Assembly (NCBI GenBank): GCA_050084515.1
Contig: CM114271.1
Coordinates: 25,978,001 to 26,042,000, forward strand
Length of the DNA: 64,000 bases
Origin: Blasia pusilla
Taxonomy: Eukaryota
Reading direction: 5' to 3'
A program made the translations under genes and the position numbers. The notes under the pieces are model-generated. The model had not been told where the DNA came from. It made no database searches and was given only the letters and a program-made list of their open reading frames with translations. Below are positions 51,600 to 64,000 of the stretch, piece after piece (the first letter of the stretch is position 1; each line of letters starts with the position of its first letter).

Positions 51600-53175
51600 A
51601 AACGTAATAACAACTCAAAAGAGGAGTCAAAAGATGCATAAAAGAATGCAAAAAGAAAATAGCAACAAGCCAACACAAACACCGGCTCAACAAGCTACAC
51701 GATTGATAGCCTGAAACAAATCTGATAAGGACACGAGTGGTCAGACGTGAATGGACGACGAGGCGAGCAACCCCACACCACCTCTACACGACTTATCAAT
51801 GCCAAGGCTTGTGCACGTTGTAAGGCCACTAAGATGCATTGCCGAAAATAAGTAGTAACTACCGAGAGAGAATGACTACAGGAAGGGGCAAGGTGATGAT
51901 TCTCCACGGAGTGGTGAGCACATGTTTTCAGGAAAGTATCAAAATACACATGTAAATGACCAAATACTTCCAGTGCAAAAGGAATAAATCCATTAGTCGC
52001 ATGTCTCACAGCATAACTTAACTCCTTGATTCTTGTTGCAGCTTCGGCCGAGAAACCTTTGGTATGTGCGGCTCGACACACCAAGTCAGAATGTGTTGGA
52101 TCAGCAACCACCACATCACCTAGTGTTCGAAATCCACCTCGAGACATAACAAGATCCACCCCCGACGAGAGGTTGCTTGTGTGGTTGAAGGTAGGACGTG
52201 GAGTTGCTCTTGCCCAACGATATATCTTGCAGTACGAGCCACCGATGCTACCGCCTCTCTAATGACATCATGTGTGGCCGTTCGTTCTCCACCATGTGCA
52301 CATCGGAGAATAAGGATACCCTTGGCATCAATGGGATCCTCGCATACACAATTTGGCACACCTAAGAGAGAAGGATGCGGAAGTCCAAGACGTAACCGCA
52401 AAGTTGTCGAGAATATACTTCGAGGAAGACGAAATGGAAGAATAAGAGGATTTGCAGTAAGCCACGCCGCTGCTCTAGTACCCGCACATGAACGTAGACG
52501 AGCTCGATTAGCGTCAGAGGATGCCTCAGAGAGAATGCTAGAAAAGTTGATTTGATGCAGATTCTCGTAGATATGCTCTTGAAGTCAATCAAGCCCTTCC
52601 GTAATCAGTTGACTGAAAGGGGGTAGAATTGCTTGTGTAGCAAGAGGAAGACAAGCTTGTGCAGATCTCTGTTGTTGTTGAAATAACAAGTCCTCCTCCT
52701 CTACATGAGCGATATGATCCATCAAGATAGGTGTATCTCCTTGGAGAAACCTTGAAGCCATAATCGGTGCTACCAACGCCCAACTCCCCAAAAAGGTTGC
52801 GGGAGCAGATGCGACTGTGGAGGACGGTCCCACCCCTCTAAAAGAAATAGGCAAGATAGCGTGTCGTGAAGCAAAGACACCAACCTCTCCCTCAAAGGTA
52901 TTCGGGCTAAGAAGTTGACCAAAAGTGCCAAGATAGAAGCATCAAAAGATGCCATCCCATGTACGAACCTTGCAGTGGATGGACAAGTGCGAAGAAGGTA
53001 GGAAAGACCTCGTAGAAAACATTGGGAGAGAATCCCATAAGCCACTTGGGGATTCCCTAGATGAGGTAACAAATGAAGCCATTCCACGTCTTTCAAAAAG
53101 GCTTCATCTAAGAACTTTGAGACATAATCGATGAAACCAATTGAGACCCCAAAAATTCTAACCCCTTCAATATAG
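51600..53175 (-). mobile_element. 5'-truncated, frameshifted non-LTR retrotransposon with C-terminal restriction-like endonuclease (CRE/R2-like group)
   Basis: In order on the - strand: RT end/thumb EGVRIFGVSIG...SYLLRTCP; LPISFRGVG; AAAWLTANP; Zn knuckle CVCEDPID...LRCAHGGERTATHD; RLE-like (R)VDLV...LGDVVVADPT...KELSY...FIPFALEVFG...LQRAQA. Split over several frames. Ends are approximate and no TSD was found. Confidence 0.8.
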
Positions 53176-53338
53176 ATGAGAAAATCAATAATAAATGAGG
53201 TGAATGTTAAAGAAAACATGAAGGAGATCACGTTTACTATATTGGTGTAAAAAAGAAAAGTAAATTGGTGTAAGAAAGAAAAGTGTTACACGAAATGAAT
53301 ATAAGCACGAATCACTTCGGAGGAACCGAATTTGTGTC

Positions 53339-53374
53339 AAGCACCCTCCGCATTTGGGGAAGCGGAGGGTGCTT
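53339..53374. repeat. GC-rich 13-bp perfect hairpin followed by a T-run
   Basis: AAGCACCCTCCGC-ATTTGGGGAA-GCGGAGGGTGCTT, with T5 at 53373-53377. Confidence 0.85.
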
Positions 53375-54223
53375 TTTCTCTGATTCTGTTGTCGCGCGGT
53401 GGGTGAGGCGAATGGTCGAAGTGGGAGTAGAGCAGGTAGAGGCGTTCGGGCTGTCCTCGGGACTGCAGCTGCGGCCATGGAGGAGGTGGTGGAGCTCAGC
53501 GGCGCGGCGTCTCCCAGCGATGGAGCCACATGATGGGTGGGATTGGCGAGGATCCACGCGTTCGTGTACGGCTTCGTTGTCTGCGATTGGCAGCTCGTGA
53601 GCCCCTGTAATCGTGGGAGAGGAGTTCCGCGGTCTGCTGCACTCGCTTGGAGCTCTATGCACTGCGCAGATGGTTTTTTCAGCCATGTATTAGGAAGAGG
53701 TGTGGAGAGTTGGATCTGAGGATCGCTCTCCGCTCCGCTGAATGGTCGTTGTCTGTGATTCTGGGCTCGTGAGCACTCGTAATCGTGAGAGCTTTGGTGC
53801 TATCGGATTCCCACAATCCCGTCCTCTGGACTCGAGCTCTCTGCACTCCGCAGCTGATTCCGCCATAAAATTGTAAGAGGTGTGCATTTGGAAGTCTGCA
53901 CTGCACTGCAGTGCATTCAACTGCACTTCACTGCATTGTCGTGCGCTGCACTTCACTGAAATGTAGTGCGCTGCTTGCTGATCGAAGTTCGTTGTGCGAA
54001 GAGCTTCGGTAGGACCTCAATGGGTAACTGCACTCTACTGCACAGCTGATTACTCCTCGTAATTGGAAGAGCTTTGGTAGGATCCGAAGACTAGACTGCA
54101 CTGCACTGCTGTGCTCAGCTGATTACGCCTAAGCAGAGTCTTTCAGGGTCGTCCTCGAAGATTGAAGATCTACTCTGCATTGAAGGAGGTGGTTCGGTAG
54201 CCTTGGGGTGCTTCTGCTGAGTG

Positions 54224-56227
54224 ATGGTGGGAGATCGAACCTTCTTTGGTCGTCGAACTCCTCCCGCTACACAAGAAAGTTTTCTCTGTCCCCCAACTTC
54301 ACAGCCCACCACACGCAGCACAGGTACCCACATTTTCGCTGTCGTTTTGAGTTGTGACGTAGAGATTCAGATGGCAAATCAGCCGTGTGAAGCTCATCCT
54401 GGGTGAACTGTCTTCTGGCTCATGAGGGCCCTGAGGCTTCTCTCATGAGCTTCTTGGTCCTACTTTGTGATGTCGATCTTCAATGGCCTGTACAATCTCA
54501 ATCTAAATCCGCTTCTGCAAGGATGCAAACTTCGTGCAACATCGTCTGCTTTGCAATATCGCTTCTTTGTGCTCTGATGACCATTGAGGACCATGGCAGA
54601 TACATGGCAGTGCTTTTTTCGCAGTGGTGTTCTGGGCATCGATCCCAAGAATCGCAATTATTTCACAAGTAGAAATGCGAATTGACAAATTGACGAGACG
54701 ATGTTCTCTCCAATGTCTTCATTCATCAGGGCCAGTGACCACCTGAAACAGCCAGCACTGCTTGACAATTATATCTCTTCCTTTCCTCAAAACTGGCTAT
54801 ACTATGATTAATTCTTACACTGATTCTCGTCGACTTCGGTGTTCTTGGATGCAGGTCTTGGGATTATTCTTCCTCTGTTCAATTGGGCAATTGTCTTCCT
54901 TGTAACCATGGAATCCAGCACCAGCGGTCTCGATGTTTTTATTCTCTCAGGGCAGAGCAACATGGCTGGCAGGGGAGGTGTGTATAGTGTAAATGGTTCC
55001 AGAGTTTGGAACGAGATCGTTCCGCTTGAAGCAGATGCACCTAAAGGATCCATTTTGAGGTTGTCAGCAGGTCTGGAGTGGGAGGAAGCGAAGGAACCTC
55101 TGCATTATGATATCGATCTCGGTAGGTTGACGTATTTCGTTTTGCAGACTACCCTTGTTGTTTCTTCACCAAATTCCCAAAGAAAGGTTCGTGATTGCAG
55201 GAGTTCAAAAGTCTGAACAATTCTCTGATTCTTGGGATCATCGTAGTGGCTTGAAGGAGACTGGCATGAAGTCCTGGGCCCTCCTAGTACATTCCTCTCA
55301 TACCTGTGAAAGGTTTCCTGGGGGTGCTAAGGTTTTGGAAGTTGAGTACATGGACTCAACAAACTTTCTGTCCAGGAGTTTTCTAAGATATTGGCGGGTG
55401 ATTAGCTCCATTAGTTTTGTCTGGAAGAAGAAGAATGTCAAGGGTCTAATCCACCTTCGTGGTGTGGCCAGCCAAAGTTTGTGGTGTAGGCCCTGGCCTC
55501 GTGTTTGCTGCATCGATCGTTCGACAATCAAATGCGAATCTCCGCTGTCCTGTTATAGGGCTGGTTCCTTGTGCAATTGGTGGGACGAGTATCAGTGAGT
55601 GGGAGAAGGGAGGAAAGTTGTACAATCAGATGATTGAAAGAACCAAAGCTTCTCTGAACTATGGTGGACAGCTGAAGTGTCTCCTCTGGTACCAAGGGGA
55701 GAGCGACACAACGACTCGGGAGTTGGCCGATCTGTACAGGACAAGACTTGAGCAATTTTTCAACGACGTCCGGTCCGATTTGGAGTTCAGACATCTGCCC
55801 ATCATCCAGGTTTGGCCTGGAATCAGTGGTCATGCATTGTTGCTGTTGAGAGTGTAAGGATTGAGTGGGATGTGTGGACTGGTGTCAGCTAGCACTGCAG
55901 ATCATGTGATTTTGGGCCTATAAAGGCCAGACAATTACAGAGGTTCATCATGAGCAGGAAGTTGGTAGGCATTCTAATGTCTTGAGGTGTTCTGGTTTGC
56001 AGGTATTGATAACTGGAAAAACCCAACTCCTCCCAGAACTGGAGGCTGTGCGCGATGCACAAAAAGCTGTGCAGCTACCAAATGTTTGGTCAGTTGATGC
56101 ATTGGGTCTTCCACTCGAGTCAGATGAGATTCATCTTACGACAGAGGCGCAAATCACACTTGGAAAAAAGATGGCAGATGTATATGTGGAACAAGTTCTT
56201 GGTAAGTGCCCAGAAAGTTTGATTTGA
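54224..56227 (+). CDS. SASA / carbohydrate esterase family 6 (SGNH hydrolase, At4g34215-like acetylesterase)
   Basis: Motifs FILSGQSNMAGRGG, EPLHYDID, CGVGPG, IGLVPCAIGGT, LLWYQGESD and catalytic DEIH. Exons 54855 (or ATG 54908)-55121, 55472-55809, 56003-56227 with GT-AG ends in phase. An optional upstream exon 54224-54323 splices in frame (less certain). Confidence 0.92.
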
Positions 56228-59200
56228 TCCATTAGGAGATGATAGGGGGTTGTGCTCCAAGGGATAGACCGTCTCATTTCATCTCCATCTCCATGCAAAT
56301 CAGAGATCTATGTAGTAGTTCTGAGAAAGTGACACTTCTAACTTGTACTTTATTTTAGTTCCATTCTTGTTGTAGGAACCTTGTGAGGACATGAAATCAA
56401 ATTGAAAGAGGGCTTTATAAATAATTATTTTCACCAACTTTTCATCTCATTCGCCTGGAAATGGTTGACTCTTTTTGGTAGGGTGGTCAAATTCCTCCAT
56501 ATCATTGAGTTCTATTGAAGTGTCTCCTTTAGGTGGGGTGGGACGTTTGAGGGATGAATTCTAGCATATTCCCCAATATACCAAAAGATATCAAACATGT
56601 GGTTGTTTTCAATGACCAATGACTTTTCCTTCCAAGAAGTTCTCCATCGACATGAGGTAGCTGGTTATTGGTAGATCATTACCTACGAAGACAGGTACGA
56701 ATGCGTCCTTGGGGAGAGTGGGGGAGGGGGTTATAGTCCAATGCGAGATGAGTTGGAGATTTCGTTTGTCATTGTTGATGCCTCAATCACAAAGATGCCT
56801 AGACTTTGGTCATGAGTGCAGTATGGAGAATGGTTTTGGCGTGATGGTGAGCATGGTGATTTCCAATTTCTTTGCAAATTTTTTTCCTCATGAGCAAATC
56901 ATGTGAATATTTAGAAGATCTAATTAAAAATCACAGGTATTTTTAGACAAGTCCAAATTCCTTGTGAATTGAAAATATTGAAAAAGTGCATGTGGAACGC
57001 CTATTATAGTACTTAAAATCAAAATATTTACATGTGATTTTTCGTGGAGGAGATGATATCCATGATAGCATAGAAGATTTAGGGTTAAAACGTCTAAACT
57101 TATAGATCAAGGATGATAAATGAGGAGGTACTTAACTCATATTACCATTTTGCTCCCATGTCGTGGGGCCCCTTGGGCCCAATTAGGAAGGCATGGATTG
57201 TAGTTGAATTTTCCTATCAAGAAAGTTGACTAACAAAGAAATGAGTCCAAGACACAATCTAGTGGGTGACTAGGAAGTAAGCCAAGAATCTCCTAATTAC
57301 AAGGAAAGCTTTGATCAATACCAAGACTGAATCTCGATCAACCTAGGTGGAATATGAGTGAAGGGTGTGAACCTTGAGATCGTCTCAAGACAATTAATGA
57401 TGATGGATAAGTTTCACGAGGAAGATCAAGACTAATATAAGATTCTTGACTAAGAATCTTATGCACATCTTATGCTCATTAGGTCTAACTATCACAATTA
57501 CTAGTTCAAAATAACAAGCTTGTGAGTGCTTTATGACTTTGCAAATATTATATGGCTCTTAGTACTCTCAAATCAAAGGAAAATATAATCGTAAGTCTTG
57601 GGATTAATAGGCAAGATCACCTATGCGTATCCGTATGTATAACTAGCACGAATTAGTATGGAATGTAGTTTCAAGCTATAAGCGAGTTAGCAGAAATTCC
57701 CATTCAATTGTTCCCACCGCATCTTAGTTGGTCCAAGTTTCGAAACTTGGACCAAATAGATGGAGAGAGCCCCTACCGGGGCAAAACCCTCGACATATTT
57801 AGCCATGGAATGCGAAATGTGGGATGGCGGCTCATTGTCGTAGAGTCCAACTTCTACTCATCCTCATTTGACTTTGCAAATAGTACTCGACCTTGAGACT
57901 TATGGGTGGAAGACTTGGTGGTTTGGATATTAGAGATCCAAAACTAGTTTCTCGTTTTGTAGGTTGAGTTGATGAAGACATCAAGCAAATAATTGGCGCC
58001 AAGTCTCGTGAGGTGCGTATTGTTTCCCTAGGAAGGCTTAGGCCTTTATCCTTCATCAATCCCCACACATTGATCTTTTCATTTAGAGCACCGTGGCTAA
58101 TTGCTCAAGGTGGATTCCAAATGGCTCCTTACCTCATAACATGAAATATGGCCAAACACATATATTGGAAATAAGAAAGGATAGGAGACTGGTAGATATT
58201 AAAAAAAAAAGAAAAAAGGACGACCTATTTTAATTACCTACTACTTCCCATAATTGCCTCCTTCCTTCGTAGTCCGTAACGTTCCTTTCAAATTCAAGGG
58301 TGGAAAAATGTAAATTTGTGTTGATAATTTAATCTTTTAATGAAATATGCATTTTGGATAAATATATACATGTGTTCATGAATTGGACTCCTCTCGTACC
58401 TCTTCTCTTTTTTATATCATTATTTATTTTGACAATGTATCTTGATGGCATTACAACGTGCACAAACATTGGCGCTGATATGTCAAGCTGAATTGGGTGG
58501 TGACCACTCGCCTAGTCAGTTATTCACGTATGGTTGACCATTTGTGTTTGTGTCAAATTCTTATTCGCATAAGTTGTTGGGTTGGATTTTGTGTTGGTTT
58601 ATTATCATTTTCTTTTAGCATTCCTCACTATGTTTCTTGCCTCCCTCTCTTCTTGGGATGTTGTTATCTTTTTTAAGGTTTATTTTTATAAGAAAGTGGA
58701 TTTTGAAAGAGATCTATATCATACATTTATTCATTTGAAGAATGAAGAAGTATGTAATTTTTATTCATTTTTGGTAGAGTTTAAAGTAGGAAGATAAGGA
58801 AAGGAATGGAGAGGCATGCATTAGATATAGAATGGAGAGGTATTTAATTTTTATTTAATTTTTTTAGAGGCTAAAAATTCAATATTCATTTTATGAATTT
58901 TAAATCATTTAATAATTGATGTATCAACTTTTATCATGGGACTTTTTGGTGGTTTACAATTTTCCTCTTTTTTTTCTTTAAAATAATTCTGCTATTCTAT
59001 TATAATTAAAATAACAGCCAACTCTCCTAAATAATTTCACTCCTCCATAAAAGTTTAAGGAATACCTACTCCCCCTTTTCCCTCTTCCCACCAAAATAAC
59101 ATCCACTTACTAAATTATTTGTTGATTTTAATTACGGAGATCATCTTACTTTTCCAAAATATCTAACATGAATTAATATGATTAAAAAATAGTCATATTT

Positions 59201-59567
59201 TTCATTTTAAAATTTAAAATAAAATTTATTTTCTTAAATCTTAGAAGATTAATTACATCTTCTAAGTAATCCCCTCCTCAATTAAACTTTAAATGATACT
59301 CCACTCCCCTAAATAATTCCACCCTTTTATAAAACTTTAAAAATCTCTTCTCCTTCTCCATCAAAATTCATTTTCCCATCCCATAAAGAAAGAATCAAGG
59401 GAAAAAATATTGTAAATTTTTTGCTATTTTTTCTAGTAATCCCACTATTTAGTCTTATTACATACATAGGAAAAATTATTATTATATACATTAATTTAAT
59501 TTATGTGAATTAATAAAAGTATTTTCTGTGGAAAACTGCTAAACACACCTAATTGGTGGAAAACGGT

Positions 59568-59736
<169 letters not shown>

Positions 59737-59983
59737 AAAAATAAATAAATAAAAAAAAAAAAAATTTGGAATAAGATAATGAGTGGAGGCTAGTCCCCTT
59801 CTCAATTATATACGGTATGTACAAGTAACCCTAACCCTAACCTTAGTCTCGAGTTAGACTAATTGTTATTAACTAACCCTAATTAAGGTTATCCCGCTTA
59901 ATTGACTAACCAAGATTAAACTTCCCTACTTTGTGTGAGTACCAAATGTAGCAATTCAGGTATCTCATGAGCTTCATTGTAAC

Positions 59984-62900
59984 TCAATCTTCAATACTCC
60001 CCCTCAAACTTATATCGATATCTCTAACGCCTAAATCATTTCTAAATATCTCAAACTTATCTCTCGACAATATCTTTATAAAGATATCAGCAATTTGTTG
60101 ATCTGTACATATATACACAAGATCTATTTCTTCTACAAGTACTTTCTCTCTGATAAAATGATAGTGCATCTAAACATGCTTTGTACGAGCATGAAACACA
60201 AGGTAATTAGCAAGCTTGAAGCCCAACTTATAGTTGCGCTTCCCAAAGTAAATGAATAACTAGATGTGGAGTGTCGATCAGACATGCTTCCGGCTCAATT
60301 AGCATCTGTGAATCCCTACAATTGACAACTCGGAGAAGGTTCAAATTGAAGCATGAATTGAATAGAGAATTTCACATATGGCATAATCCTCCTCACAACA
60401 TCATGGTGAGGTTTTTGAGGTGCTTGCATAAACTGGCTCATTAGGCCAACAACATAGCTCAAATGTGGTCTAGTTATAGTTACATAGATCAAAATTCCGA
60501 CCATGCGCCAATACATATTAGAATCTGCAACCAACTCTCCTTCATCCACTCTTAGCTTCACGCTCTGATCCAACGGTGTAGAGATTGGCTTACAAGCCGT
60601 CATACTATATTTTGAAAGCATCTGAAGGGCATATTGTCGTTGTAGTAACCACATGCTTTCTCCAACCTTGATAAAATCAATACCAAGGAAGTACTTGAGT
60701 TCTTCCGAGTCCTTCATATCAAATTTTGCTTGTAACTTAAGTTTGACTTGTTGTACCATTTCTTCAGTACTCCCAGTAATTAGGAGATCATCAACATACA
60801 ACACAATGAGAACCGTATGATCTTGTCCTCTCAAGACATATAACAAGGATTCAGAATCACATACCCTAAAATCCAACTCTTGTAGGCCATATGTAATCTT
60901 CCCATACCAAGCTCTTGGAGCTTGTTTGAGCCCGTATAGAGCTTTCTTCAACCTGCATACGTGAAATGGAAACTTGGGATGCTTGTATCCGGGTGGTTGA
61001 GTTATATATACCTCCTCATATAGATCTTCATTCAAGAAGGCATTCTTGACGTCCATGTGATGTAATCTCCACTTCTTACTTATTGAAACTGCAACCACTC
61101 TTCTCGTAGTCACCATCTTTGCAACAAGGCTAAATATTTCCTCATAATCGATATCATATTGTTGCGCATAACCCTTAGCCACCAATCTCGCTTTGTATCT
61201 CTTAACTGTACCATCTTGATTACGTTTGATTTTGTAAACCCATTTGCAACCAATAGCTTCCTTATCGGAATATATATCAACCAGCTCTTATGTCTATTGA
61301 TGTCTTAATGCAGCAAGCTCTTCCTCCGTAGCTTCAATCCATTTGACTTTACTTGCAGCTTCTTCAAAACAACTCGACTCCTGTCCTTGAAGGGTAGTCA
61401 TTATATATGCATGATGTGTCGCAAGGAAACCTTCATTTATGAATCTATGAACTGGATGAATCTATAAACTCCATCACAATGCAATTTCAGAATGTGTTGT
61501 CCACTCTGCTTCTCTACTAGAACTCTGAATGTTTGGAACACTGAGAATACCTCTAACTTGGCTTTCAAAAAGTATTCCTATATATACCTAGAGAAGTCAT
61601 TAATAAATGAAACAAAGTACTGGCAACCAGTAAGGCTCTGTTGTGATGTTGTCCATACATTAATGTGGATCAACTCCAATATCTTGGATGCTCTTCTACC
61701 TTGCTTTGGAAAAGGAAATCTAGCTTGTTTTCCAAATTGGCAAGCATGACATACCTCTAACGTAGTAGACCTCGCTAATTTAGGGAGTCCTATTACGATA
61801 TTAAATGATGAAAGACTTTGTAATCTTTGAAGATTCATATGTCCAATTCTTTTATGCCACACATTTAGATCTGTGACTTGTTGGCCGGTTTGACCATACA
61901 TTGATGTTAAAATGTTTGGCATAGAAACATCTAATTTGAACATTCTGCCACATGTGGTTCCTTTGGCTATCGTAGTTTGGTCATCCATTGTTTCAATTAA
62001 ACAACCATCTGGGTTAAACTTCACTTGATAACCCTGTTCTACTATCTGTCCTACAGAGATCATATTTCTTGCAATGGTAGGAACATAGAGAACATTTCCA
62101 AGAGCACAAAGCCCATCTGATGCTATTGGAACTTTACGGGTATGCATGATATGATGTTGAGTGTCATCTCCTGTGAGCACAATTGCAGAATCTTTCACCG
62201 ACTCCAAATTACTGAACCATTTAGCTTATGAGATGATATGATTTGATGCACCAGAGTCAATGTACCAATCTGGTGTCGAGTGTTTCTTGAGCATTGCTCC
62301 CATATGATGAGTCATAACCAAGAGATGCTCCGTTTGTGAATGTTGTTGTTCTTGTTGCTGCTCCACATAGTTTTGTTGTTGTAAGGCTCTTGTTATCATA
62401 TCTGCCTTCTTTTTGAAGCAAAACTTTGTATAATGACCCTTTATCCCACAATAATTACAAGATCCAAGGACCCTCTACTTCTGACCTAGACTTCAACGGT
62501 TTCCACCATCACCACCTTGTGATTGTGTGTGATACTGGTTCGTAGTTGATTGCACGATATTATATTGAGTGCCTCTTCCTCCATATGCTTGATATCCACC
62601 ACGACCACGAAAGTTTCTACCACGACACGTGCCTCTGTTTGATCCATAAGCGGCAAATAGCTCACTCTCTTGCAGATTAGATGAGCTACCGCTCCCTACT
62701 AGGCGAATCTCTTCTCTAATTAATAGTAGAACTAACTCTTGAAAGGTTGCATACTTCTCGCTTAGAGAGATGGAGGTCTCAAAGGACTTGTAATCCTTTG
62801 GAAGATCTTGAAGACCGAATAAAATCAGATCATCATCTTCTACTATCACTCCAATGCTATTCAACTGATCAACAATATGTCTGGTATTCAAAATATAATC

Positions 62901-63392
62901 ATGGATGCTCTGAGATCCTTTCCTCACTTCGTTTAATTGCTGTTTCAATTGAAGCTTTTTTCCTTTGTAGATGTCTAGAACAGCTTTTTCAATGCATCCC
63001 AGGACTCCTTCGGAGTATCCCAAGCCTCCTTCGGAATATCAACATCTTAAATATGACCTATCATTGGCGAATGGATCATTATTGAAATGTAGTGGATTAC
63101 TTGCCTTGCGCGTTTGTTCCAGGTGTGAACATTCAAGTCTGTTGAGTCATCTTCTGGTTTGGCCTTATCACATGTGACAAACTCCCATAGTTCTTGACCC
63201 ATGAGAAATTTTTTTCATGCGAAACTTCCAGACATTGTAATTCTGCTTATCTAGCTTCTCTCCTACGATTGCTGTTGAGGAATACTCCATGACGAACGAT
63301 TTCATTAACAAAAAACATAATTTCAAGCTTTCTACTACTCCAATTGAAGCATAGACCACTCCTACACAGAATTTGACCTGAAAATTTTCCAA
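59984..63392 (-). pseudogene. Copia gag-pol, disrupted
   Basis: gag KLDKQNYNVWKFRM; protease WYIDSGASNH near 62250; WHKRIGHMN...CHACQFGKQ; RT HHMDVKNAFL, LKKALYGLKQAPRAW, LYVDDLLI; RNase H end FHARTKHV...QIADIF. Stops and frameshifts throughout. Most of the integrase core is deleted near 61470 and part of RNase H near 60220. Confidence 0.92.
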
Positions 63393-64000
63393 AATTGATT
63401 AATTGTATGAAAAAACTAGTCGAAATTGGCCTCTAGAGAGCAAACTACACAACTTTTCTTCACTAATTGCACTTTCCTACATTGAAATTGCTACTGCAGG
63501 AGCTGAGAATGTTAGAATCGAGCAATTTTGGGTGTGTTGGAAAGCTCTTGACGAGCTCTACGAGATTGGTAGAACAAGCCTTCGGAGTCATTCTAGCCTT
63601 TGCGGACTAAGACGGCTAAATCGACCGGGAAAGCCTTAAAAAATGCCTCCAAAGTTTTATCACCGTCAAAGCTCGACCTGAAATATGCACCCACTGAGCT
63701 CTGAATAAAACATCTTTCTCCCAAACTTAAATTGCGCCTTCTCTTGCCTCTCTTCTCTCCTCAAACACCAAGAATTTCAAGTGATGTTCTCCTATAGCTC
63801 TGTTACCATGTGGAAAACTACTAAACAAGCATAACTGGTGGAAAACGGCTCACACACACACACACACCACCATAGAGAACAAAATTTGCAATGAGAGAAT
63901 GAGTGGAGACTAGTCCTATTCTCAATTATATAGGGCATGTACAAGCAACCCTAACCCTAACCTTAGTCTCGAGTTAGACTAATTGTGATTAACTAACCCT

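Noticed and set aside
52885..52898. CTCTCCCTCAAAGG resembling the 5' part of miR477
   Set aside because: It lies inside LINE coding sequence, the match is partial and no star arm is evident.
53339..53377. Bacterial rho-independent terminator or contamination
   Set aside because: The context is spliceosomal genes and plant TEs, with no bacterial ORF upstream. Kept only as a hairpin.

Overview
Eukaryotic plant nuclear DNA. The intron-rich genes and the TE families look most like a non-seed plant such as a bryophyte or lycophyte, but that lineage call is inference. Two intact-looking host genes lie on the + strand: a 19-coding-exon MORC (GHKL ATPase) chromatin-silencing gene (37314-47491) and a SASA/CE6-type carbohydrate acetylesterase (about 54224/54908-56227). 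The rest is transposon-derived. The main structure is an 18.2-kb CACTA (En/Spm) element at 2888-21078 with matching TIRs and a GGT target-site duplication. It has decayed TnpD-like and TnpA-like genes on the - strand, and a nested solo LTR that splits a TnpA-like exon. It also carries a cargo block: (GA)n, short tandem repeats, a full-length tRNA-Ala(UGC)-like cloverleaf, a captured N-terminal fragment of a PXA/PX sorting-nexin-like gene, and a roughly 4.3-kb array of 351-bp units with a partial A/B dimer organisation. Also present are a second solo LTR of the same family (31087-32107), a 5'-truncated RLE-type non-LTR retrotransposon (about 51.6-53.2 kb), and a decayed Ty1/copia element running off the right edge, whose LTRs differ by a large (CA)n expansion. 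Several perfect hairpins and minisatellites are scattered through the window. Nothing here demonstrates a new biological system. The cargo-laden CACTA element is the best candidate for follow-up. All family assignments are from motif recognition by eye, not database searches.
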